Part shown: in pieces, positions 56,788-64,000 of the stretch
How positions within the stretch are numbered: position 1 is the first letter of the stretch
Layout: each line of letters opens with the position of its first letter
Origin: Burkholderiales bacterium
GTDB taxonomy: Bacteria; Pseudomonadota; Gammaproteobacteria; Burkholderiales; JACQAP01
Reading direction: 5' to 3'
Length of the DNA stretch: 64,000 bases
Assembly: GCA_046155535.1 (NCBI GenBank)
Contig: JBJXFN010000129.1
Coordinates: 9,659 to 73,658 of the forward strand
Program-made: the position numbers and the translations under genes
The notes under the pieces: model-generated
What the model was told of the DNA's origin: nothing
Seen by the model: the letters and a program-made list of their open reading frames with translations, nothing else
The model's database searches: none

Positions 56788-58347
56788 ATGAATTCCGTTC
56801 TTTTGCGGCATGACGCGGCACTGCTTGATCCGGATCTCCGGTCATCGGAAATCCCGAAACAATCCGTCGGACAAGACGCGTTCACCGCGCAGGCGGCACT
56901 TGCACCGGTGGTCTTGTGCGGCGGCACCGGTACCCGGCTTTGGCCACTTTCTCGCGAATCGTACCCGAAGCAGTTGATGTCGCCATTTGGCGGCGAGACG
57001 CTGCTGCAATCGACTTTGCGGCGCGTGGAAAATCTCTCGCCGGGACAAACCCCGGCACTTGCGCCGCTGGTCCTGTGCAGCGAAGAGACGCGATTTCTGA
57101 CGGCCGAACAGTTGCGCGCCTCCGCGCAGCCGACCCATGGCATCGTGCTGGAGCCTTGCGGCCGCAACACGGCGCCAGCGCTGACGCTTGCCTGTCTGAT
57201 CCTGGGCGGGACAACGCAACGCGATCCGGTGCTGCTCGTGATGCCGGCCGATCACGTGATCCAGGACGTCAAGGCTTTTCATGCCGCGGTCAACGCCGGG
57301 TGGACGCTTGCATTGCAGGGCCAGATCGTTACGTTCGGCATCGTGCCCGACGCGCCAGAAACCGGGTATGGCTACATTCGGGCCGGAGGTCGCATTGGCG
57401 GCGCGGGCACTGCGTTGCGTGCGGAGGCCTTTGTGGAGAAACCGGACGCGCAAACAGCTCGACACTATGTCGAATCCGGCCGGTATTTCTGGAATGCCGG
57501 CATTTTCCTGTTGCGGCCCTCGGTGTGGCTTCGTGCAATCGGAAAATTCCGGCCGGACATCCTCAGGGCCTGCCGGATGGCGGCCGAAGCACTGGATCGC
57601 GACCAGGATTTTCTGCGCATCGGGCGCGAGGCATTTTCCGCCTGCCCCGCGGATTCCATCGACTACGCGGTCATGGAAAAAGTCTGCGCGCAGAACAGCA
57701 ACCACGTGGCCGTTGTGCCGCTGGACGCCGGCTGGTCCGATGTGGGCGCCTGGGACGCAGTCTGGAAAACCAGCGCGCGCGACGTTCGGGACAATGCGGT
57801 GCAGGGAGACGTGATCGCAATCGACACCCGGGGCAGCCTGTTGCTGGCGCAGGATCGGCTGCTTGCCTGTGTCGGCCTGGAGGATATGGTGGTGGTGGAA
57901 ACTCCGGATGCCGTGATGGTGGCGAGGAAAGACCGGACACAGGATGTCAAGGCCATTGTCGAACAACTCCGGGCGGTGAAGCGCACGGAACACGTTTCGC
58001 ACCGCAAGGTATTCCGGCCGTGGGGAAGTTACGACAGCGTGGACGAGGGCAAACGCTTTCAGGTCAAACGCATTGTTGTCAACCCGGGCGCGTCGCTTTC
58101 CCTGCAGATGCATCATCATCGCGCCGAACACTGGATCGTGGTGTGCGGCACCGCCGAGGTCACGCGGGGCACCGAAACGATCCTGCTGACCGAGAACCAG
58201 TCGACCTATATTCCCCTGGGCGTGACCCACCGGCTGTCCAATCCCGGACGCGTGCCACTGGAGATTATCGAGGTGCAGTCGGGCGCGTATCTCGGCGAGG
58301 ACGACATTATCCGCTTCGACGACCGGTATGGCCGGGTCGGCGGATAA
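56788..58347 (+). CDS. manC: Mannose-1-phosphate guanylyltransferase / mannose-6-phosphate isomerase
   Basis: VVLCGGTGTRLWPLSRESYPKQ...cupin QMHHHRAEHWIVV. The N-terminal extension of about 38 aa has weak codon bias, so the start is uncertain. Confidence 0.85.
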   Translation: MNSVLLRHDAALLDPDLRSSEIPKQSVGQDAFTAQAALAPVVLCGGTGTRLWPLSRESYPKQLMSPFGGETLLQSTLRRVENLSPGQTPALAPLVLCSEETRFLTAEQLRASAQPTHGIVLEPCGRNTAPALTLACLILGGTTQRDPVLLVMPADHVIQDVKAFHAAVNAGWTLALQGQIVTFGIVPDAPETGYGYIRAGGRIGGAGTALRAEAFVEKPDAQTARHYVESGRYFWNAGIFLLRPSVWLRAIGKFRPDILRACRMAAEALDRDQDFLRIGREAFSACPADSIDYAVMEKVCAQNSNHVAVVPLDAGWSDVGAWDAVWKTSARDVRDNAVQGDVIAIDTRGSLLLAQDRLLACVGLEDMVVVETPDAVMVARKDRTQDVKAIVEQLRAVKRTEHVSHRKVFRPWGSYDSVDEGKRFQVKRIVVNPGASLSLQMHHHRAEHWIVVCGTAEVTRGTETILLTENQSTYIPLGVTHRLSNPGRVPLEIIEVQSGAYLGEDDIIRFDDRYGRVGG

Positions 58348-58593
58348 ACTCAGCCTGGCTACGCCTGAATGATCTTTGGCGGGTTCCAGGCGGGAAATTT
58401 TCTACGTTGTGTCGTGTGACGAGTTCGCCGCTGCTGGCGCGATTTCATCGGAGGCAATACCCGGCCATCAAAGCCACCCGGTACGAAGCACTACGCAACT
58501 AGTGCGAATACTCTACCCGGCGGCGCCCGTCGCCGTGCTCGCTGTAAAGCGAGCGCGATTAACCTGTCGCGGGCGTGCGAGTCGGCGGCGAAC

Positions 58594-60855
58594 ATGCGCC
58601 ATGCCCTGCCGCGCGCACCTTTTTCCATTCCTCCATCCGTGATGCGCCTGCGAAAGATTGCTCAGCGAATGGCCGCGGACGCTGCTCGCGCCGCCTGTCT
58701 GGTTTGTGTGACCCAATTGGCCTGGTTGCCGTGCGCCCATGGCGCAAACCCGGCGGACAAGAAGGTGCCTGACGCAATCCGGCAGGCGCTGCAGCGTGGC
58801 CTCACGCAGGACATCATTGTCGAATTCGATGATAAGGCGGTGCGCAAATGGGCGGACGACGCCGTGCGGCGCCGAGGCCTGCAGCACGAAGACCAAGCGA
58901 TTATCGAAAGCAAGGCGTTGCGGTTTGGCGCCCTCAAACGCGCTGTTTTTCAGGGGATCGGGCCGGGCGCTGCCCTCGAGTTGCGCGCCTACGATCATCT
59001 GCCGTTGGCCTTTCTTCGCGTGCGCGACCGGCGGGCGCTGGACAGGCTGGCGGCGCGCGCGGAAGTCGTCGCCGTTTATCCCGACGAGCGCAAGCGCTCG
59101 AACCTCGACGCCACCAGCGCGGGGCTCGTCGGTCAACCTGCTGCCGCGGGGATGGGACATACCGGCAGCGGAACATCCGTGCTGGTCATCGACGGCGGCG
59201 TGAATTACACCCTCGCGGAATTTGGCTCCTGCACCGCGCCGGGCGTGCCGGCCTCCTGCAAGGTCGTGTATGCCAACGATCTCACCGGCACCGCGACGCA
59301 GTTGGATCACCACGGTCACGGCACCAATGTATCGGGAATTGTAATTGGCACGGCGCCCGACGCCAGGATCGTCATGCAAAACGTGTTCGGGGCCAACAAT
59401 TTCACTTCCGATTCCTTGATTCTGCAGGCCATCAACTGGGGCATTGCCAACCGCAGCGCTTACAACATCCGCGCGATCAACATGAGCCTGGGCGATGGCA
59501 GCCTGAACGCAGTCGCCTGCTCTGCCGGAAACCCTTATCGCAGCGCGGTCCAGACAGCCTGGAATGCGGGCCTGATCACAGTCGCCTCGGCGGGCAACGA
59601 AGGATTCACCAGTGGCATCGGCAAACCGGCCTGCACGCCCTATGTGGTGTCGGTCGGCGCGGTGTATTCCGCCGACTGGGGTGGTCTGGCCTGGTCGAGT
59701 TGCACCGACAACCCGACCGCGGCAGACAAGGTGATTTGTGTTTCCAACAGCGCCAGTATCCTGACCCTGCTTGCGCCCGGCGCACTCGTTACGGCGGGTG
59801 GCAGTCAACTGGGGGGGACCTCGCAGGCGAGTCCGTTTGTGGCCGGCGCCGTCGCCGTGTTACGAGCCGCCTTCCCCGGTGAAACACTGAGCGCGACCGT
59901 TTCACGCCTCACCAGCACCGGTGTTCCGGTGACTGACCCGCGCAACGGTCTGGTCAAGCCGCGGCTGAATCTGGGGCAGGCGGTGCGGCCGGTGAACGAT
60001 TTGTTCGTCAATCGGATGACTCTGAACGGGAATTCCGGTGCCACGGCCGGCAACAGTGTCAACGCCACTCACGAGGTTGGCGAACCGGCGCACGCCGGCA
60101 ATGCGGGCGCCGCATCGCTGTGGTGGTCCTGGACACCCGTGGCGAACGGGCAGGCGAGCCTGGATACGACGGGCAGCGGAATTGCGACGCTCCTGGCGGT
60201 ATACACCGGCGCATCGGTGTCGTCCTTGTCACCGGTCGCTGCACGGGTCGGCAACGGCGCTTTATTTTTCCAGGGGGTGGCAGGCACTTCCTACGCGATA
60301 GCGGTGGATGGCAGCAGCGGCGCATCCGGCAATGTCAGTCTGGGCTGGAGTCTCAATACCTCCGCGGCGGCGGATCTGTCCTTGACGTTTTCATCCGGCG
60401 CCGGTGCGGTGAGCGCCGGATCGACGGTCAATTTCGACGCGGTGATTCACAACAACGGACCACAGGCCGCCACCAATGTGATGCTGAGCGACACCTTGCC
60501 GGCCGGTTTGTCCTACGTTTCGGGAACCGCGGGTTGCTCGGCCAATGCCGCCTCGGTGACTTGTGCAATCGGTACCCTTGCCAGTGGCAGTAATGCAAAC
60601 GTGGTGATAACAGTGTTGACCGCTGGCACAGGAACCTTTCAGAGCGATGCGACAGTCACATCGGAAGTGACCGATCCCGTTGCCGCCAACAATATTGCGG
60701 CAGCCATCCTTTCTGTCACCGCGGCTGTCCCGGGGCAGGTCGTGCCCGCGGTGTCCGGGTGGGGGATGTTGCTTTTTGCGCTTGCGCTTGGGGCAATTCT
60801 TTTTCGCCAGCGCACGACCGGTGCGTCAGTTTTCGCCGCGGGGCGAAGACGATGA
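58594..60855 (+). CDS. Secreted subtilisin-like S8 peptidase with DUF11-type repeat and IPTLxxWG-CTERM-like sorting signal
   Basis: Catalytic triad regions VLVIDGGVN, HGHGTNVSGIV and GGTSQASPFVAGAVA. C-terminus VPAVSGWGMLLFALALGAILFRQR. Confidence 0.85.
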   Translation: MRHALPRAPFSIPPSVMRLRKIAQRMAADAARAACLVCVTQLAWLPCAHGANPADKKVPDAIRQALQRGLTQDIIVEFDDKAVRKWADDAVRRRGLQHEDQAIIESKALRFGALKRAVFQGIGPGAALELRAYDHLPLAFLRVRDRRALDRLAARAEVVAVYPDERKRSNLDATSAGLVGQPAAAGMGHTGSGTSVLVIDGGVNYTLAEFGSCTAPGVPASCKVVYANDLTGTATQLDHHGHGTNVSGIVIGTAPDARIVMQNVFGANNFTSDSLILQAINWGIANRSAYNIRAINMSLGDGSLNAVACSAGNPYRSAVQTAWNAGLITVASAGNEGFTSGIGKPACTPYVVSVGAVYSADWGGLAWSSCTDNPTAADKVICVSNSASILTLLAPGALVTAGGSQLGGTSQASPFVAGAVAVLRAAFPGETLSATVSRLTSTGVPVTDPRNGLVKPRLNLGQAVRPVNDLFVNRMTLNGNSGATAGNSVNATHEVGEPAHAGNAGAASLWWSWTPVANGQASLDTTGSGIATLLAVYTGASVSSLSPVAARVGNGALFFQGVAGTSYAIAVDGSSGASGNVSLGWSLNTSAAADLSLTFSSGAGAVSAGSTVNFDAVIHNNGPQAATNVMLSDTLPAGLSYVSGTAGCSANAASVTCAIGTLASGSNANVVITVLTAGTGTFQSDATVTSEVTDPVAANNIAAAILSVTAAVPGQVVPAVSGWGMLLFALALGAILFRQRTTGASVFAAGRRR

Positions 60856-61551
60856 CAGGGGACGCAGGCCACGCGATCCCGCACGGCCACGCCGCCGCAA
60901 ACCGATCCCGCCGAGCAAGAAGCTGCCGGCTGCCAGCAATCCGACGGATGCAGGCAGCGGAACCGCCGCGGGAACCGGCGTGCCGTCATTGGGAAAATAG
61001 GGGCAGCGATCTTCATGATCGTGGTGGTAATGATCGCGGTGGCGATGCCGCGGCTTGCCATGGTGGCGCCGACGGTTTTCTGCGAATTGGCGCGCCGCTT
61101 CGCTGAATTCCTTTTTCCAGAAATGACCGGCGCCGCGCCGGTCGAACGACTTGTCATGATGCGCGGTATCAATATATTGCCCGATCCAGGCGCCCAGATC
61201 TGGAGACTCTTGCGTGTGCATGGCTCTGTCGTCTGCCTCCCGCAGTGTCCGGGCGAGTCGAAAGGCAATGCCGGTCCGGGCGTCGGGATCGTCGGCCGAA
61301 TCGTGCCTGCCGCCGGGGTGAAAACGGCCCTGAAAATTGAATTCGCGCGGGGCGTCAGACAGCCAGTCCTCTGTTTCCATACCGGATTGCACGCCTGCCG
61401 GCATGGCCGCGATACAGGCTTCGTGACCCAGGCTGTCCCTGCAGAGCATTGCTCCGAATGATGAAGAAGCCGTGAGGACGAGCGCAACGCAGCTCACGAC
61501 AAGACCGGATTCCTGGCCCCGAAAATTGATCATGAAGCGCAGTATTTCCAT
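60826..61551 (-). CDS. His-rich secreted protein with VPLPA/PEP-CTERM-type sorting signal
   Basis: Signal peptide LVVSCVALVLTASSSFGA. HHGKPRHRHRDHYHHDHED. AVPLPASVGLLAAGSFLLGGIGLRRRGR followed by 18 extra residues that overlap the S8 gene end. Confidence 0.6.
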   Translation of the reverse strand: MEILRFMINFRGQESGLVVSCVALVLTASSSFGAMLCRDSLGHEACIAAMPAGVQSGMETEDWLSDAPREFNFQGRFHPGGRHDSADDPDARTGIAFRLARTLREADDRAMHTQESPDLGAWIGQYIDTAHHDKSFDRRGAGHFWKKEFSEAARQFAENRRRHHGKPRHRHRDHYHHDHEDRCPYFPNDGTPVPAAVPLPASVGLLAAGSFLLGGIGLRRRGRAGSRGLRPLSSSSPRGEN

Positions 61552-61929
61552 AGGAAGCCTCCTGCCTGCGAATGAGGGATGGGCCGATTGCGGGAAAGTC
61601 TGCGCGGAGCGTCGGCCAGACGAGACACTTTAAGGAAACTTGATTACTGCACGGAATTTCTTTTGCCGCGGCACATGAGCAGAAAGAACCATTTTCTCCG
61701 TTTATCCTGACATCGATCGACAGAATTGTCCGCAGGCGTCCGAAGCCTGGATCCGACCGCGACCTGCGAAATCTCGCCGAATGTCATGCGGCGATCATCT
61801 CCCTGTCACCAAATCTGGTTACCTTGCGCTGCTTGGAAGGGTTGCCATACGGGACGAAAACGCGGCGCGGTTCGCGAATTGGGCCTGGGGGCCGACTCGG
61901 GATGTCATCAGGAAACAAATGAAGCAAAG

Positions 61930-62691
61930 ATGGACTACGAATCGTCCCTGAAAAACGAAGATCGCGACCGGCTGGTGTGGATTGTCGAATCGTCCCTGCA
62001 TGTGCGCAATCATCCCGGGTTTTTTCTCTGGAGCCAGGGTGCGCTGCAACTCCTGTTGCCGCACGAAATTCTGATCTGCGGCGCCCGCAACGGCGGATCC
62101 CGATCCTTTCAGATGCGCCGGTTCTCGAGCAGCCGTTATTTCCGGGATGAACATTTTGCCGCGGTTTGCGATCCCCAGAGCGGCTTGATTCCGCGCACGG
62201 TGTCGCAGTGGCTGCGAACCGGAAAGCCCTGTTTCCTGTTTCCCGGGAGCGACGACGAACAAAACCGGCAGTTGATCGATTGTGAACTCAAGAATCTGGT
62301 TGTCCAGGCCGTCCTGGGTGCCGACGCCGAGGTTTCGGGATATTTCTGTTTTTCCAGAACGCCGGTGGTAAACGAGGAGAGGACGGTACGCATTCTGGAA
62401 CTGCTGGTGCCAGTGGTGTACGTGACGTTCATGCGGGTGCTCGCCTCGGATGCCAGGTCGACGGAAGGCGAAATCCGGATGAACAGTCTGGTGACGCGCC
62501 GTGAAGTGGAAATACTCGGCTGGATCAAGGAAGGCAAGACCACCTCGGATATCGCGGGCATCCTCAGCCTGAGTCCATTCACGGTCAAGAATCACGTGCA
62601 GAATGTCTTGAAGAAACTCGGCGCCCGTTCGCGCAGTCACGCGGTGGCCCAGGCGATCAACCTTGGCTTGTTGCAGAACGCTTCACGGTGA
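61930..62691 (+). CDS. epsA: LuxR-family regulator of the EpsA type (exosortase/PEP-CTERM locus-associated)
   Basis: From ATG at 61930: LVWIVESSLHVRNHPGFFLWSQGALQLLLPHEILICG. C-terminal LuxR HTH LTRREVEILGWIKEGKTTSDIAGILSLSPFTVKNHVQNVLKKLG. Confidence 0.7.
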   Translation: MDYESSLKNEDRDRLVWIVESSLHVRNHPGFFLWSQGALQLLLPHEILICGARNGGSRSFQMRRFSSSRYFRDEHFAAVCDPQSGLIPRTVSQWLRTGKPCFLFPGSDDEQNRQLIDCELKNLVVQAVLGADAEVSGYFCFSRTPVVNEERTVRILELLVPVVYVTFMRVLASDARSTEGEIRMNSLVTRREVEILGWIKEGKTTSDIAGILSLSPFTVKNHVQNVLKKLGARSRSHAVAQAINLGLLQNASR

Positions 62692-62721
62692 CGGAGGCGT
62701 TGCTTCGTGAAGGAGGGATGA

Positions 62722-63255
62722 TTGAAGTCACAAACCACAATCTACAACGTGTTGTTCCTGTGTACGCACAATGCCGCGCGCAGCATCATGGCCGAGGCCA
62801 TTCTGAACAATCTGGCGATGGGAAAGGGCCGGTTCCGCGCCTTTAGCGCGGGGAGCGCGCCGGCAACCCAGGTGCATCGCCTGGCGCTCGAACAGATTCA
62901 AGCCGCCGGGCTTTCCAGTGACGGGCTGCGCTGCAAGTACTGGCGCGAATTCGCGACGCCCGATGCGCCCATCATGCATTTTGTTTTTACAGTCTGCGAC
63001 GATGCCGCGCGGGAGGTCTGTCCGGTCTGGCCTGGCACGCCGCTTTCCGCCCACTGGGGGGTGCCGGACCCTTCGAAGGTCACGGGGTCGGATCAAGTCA
63101 GGCGGCGGGCGTTTTCCAATGCCTTCATCTTCTTGCACAACCGGATCAGCATATTTGCCAGCCTGCCTTTCGACCAACTCGGCCGATCAGGGTTGCAAGG
63201 CAAGCTCGACACCCTGGGGTCCATGTCCCATCCGGTGCAATCGTCGGACATGTGA
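62722..63255 (+). CDS. arsC: Arsenate reductase, LMW-PTPase (thioredoxin-coupled) type
   Basis: AAGGAGGG then TTG at 62722. VLFLCTHNAARSIMAEAILN. Downstream Cys pair in FTVCDDAAREVCP. Confidence 0.85.
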   Translation: MKSQTTIYNVLFLCTHNAARSIMAEAILNNLAMGKGRFRAFSAGSAPATQVHRLALEQIQAAGLSSDGLRCKYWREFATPDAPIMHFVFTVCDDAAREVCPVWPGTPLSAHWGVPDPSKVTGSDQVRRRAFSNAFIFLHNRISIFASLPFDQLGRSGLQGKLDTLGSMSHPVQSSDM

Positions 63256-63484
63256 GACAGGTCCGAGCGCTCCATTGCCGGAATTAAGGCGCCGAGCAGT
63301 CTAGCGCCGCTGATCCGATGGAACCCATCCCCGTGGGTAATATTCACCATGGGCTGTCCGGGGGCCATCGCGATGCGTGTCATCAAACTCGGGCATCGTC
63401 TGCATGCGGGGAATTTTCCCGTTGACGTGCAAGCGTCGGTCTGTCGACTTTGCCGCGCAATTCGTCTGGAAGAGGAGGTGGACA

Positions 63485-64000
63485 GTGAGTCGAAAAATGT
63501 TCAAGACCGGGCTTGCCCTGCTGGCAATGGTTCAAGGCACCAACGGTCTGGCGGCTGTGCTGTTCGCCGAAAACTTCGAGGGCTACAGCCTGTTTCCCAC
63601 GCTCGTCAACACCTATTCGGTGCCTTCCGGCGGACTTCCCTTCGCCGGCTCGGTGCAGGAACGTATCAATGAGGGCATCCCTGTGTCCACCGAAGGGGCA
63701 GCCCAAACCTGGTATGGCGGCCGCTTCGAAGACCCAACCAGCGGCAACAGTTCAAATTCGAGCATCAACGCCGACCTCGCGGTTCAGAATTTCGGCAGCA
63801 TCAACCGGCCGGACGATCCCAACGCCAACTACACACATGTGGGCCGATTCGAAGACGACGCCGGTCTGGTGTTCAAGGTGGGCACCACTGGTTTCCAGGA
63901 CGTGCACCTGACGTTCGGGTGGCGGACCTTTAACGTGGAATCCTCGGATGTCGTGCGGGTCGGGTACCGCCTGAGCAATCCCGGTTTTGGTTCCTGTGGT
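63485..64000 (+). CDS. Secreted hypothetical protein, 5' part only (runs off the window)
   Basis: GGAGG then GTG at 63485 or ATG at 63497. Signal peptide MFKTGLALLAMVQGTNGLAA. Open frame of 172 codons to the window end. Confidence 0.55.
   Translation, partial: MSRKMFKTGLALLAMVQGTNGLAAVLFAENFEGYSLFPTLVNTYSVPSGGLPFAGSVQERINEGIPVSTEGAAQTWYGGRFEDPTSGNSSNSSINADLAVQNFGSINRPDDPNANYTHVGRFEDDAGLVFKVGTTGFQDVHLTFGWRTFNVESSDVVRVGYRLSNPGFGSCG

Noticed and set aside
56369-56791. An ORF (possible 69-aa product from the ATG at 56582) ending in ATGA overlap with the listed manC start.
   Set aside because: No SD, no recognisable family, and the manC start itself is doubtful. There is insufficient support to call a gene.

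Overview
GC-rich proteobacterial chromosome segment; gene content and synteny look beta- or gammaproteobacterial. From 1 to about 45 kb it is mostly housekeeping. This part holds a phosphate-scavenging set (PhoX-like fragment, NPP-type phosphodiesterase, GlpQ, PhoA, a propeller-type esterase) and a CoA-transferase pair. It also holds pfp-hppA (PPi-dependent PFK plus H+-pyrophosphatase), adk, kdsB, trm112-like, lpxK, exbBD, xseA, miaA, mutL, pntAA/AB/B, amiC, tsaE, a LysR regulator with ilvD, and lpoB-ycfL. From about 45.7 to 64 kb the content is accessory. A short exosortase (XrtH-like) with a partner membrane protein lies divergent from a non-canonical 10-gene pseudopilus/secretin machine. 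That machine has a GspG/F/E core, PilMNOP-like parts, a TPR-lipoprotein secretin and three G-type pseudopilins. Downstream are manC, an S8 protease with an IPTLxxWG-type C-terminal sorting signal, a His-rich VPLPA/PEP-CTERM protein, an EpsA-like LuxR regulator and arsC. Other notable points: (1) adk carries an in-frame TAA at a conserved Glu codon. (2) A family of hairpin elements built from tandem heptamers (GTGAnnG) fills at least five short intergenic gaps and runs into two pseudopilin leaders. (3) A related 9-mer element sits between adk and pfp. (4) A 1135-aa AsmA-like protein has a roughly 600-aa Glu/Arg/Lys repeat tract ahead of its transmembrane helix. (5) An AT-rich island carries paired DnaA boxes. 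No rRNA, tRNA, CRISPR array, transposase or integrase was recognised. Many listed ORFs are antisense or off-frame shadows typical of high-GC DNA.
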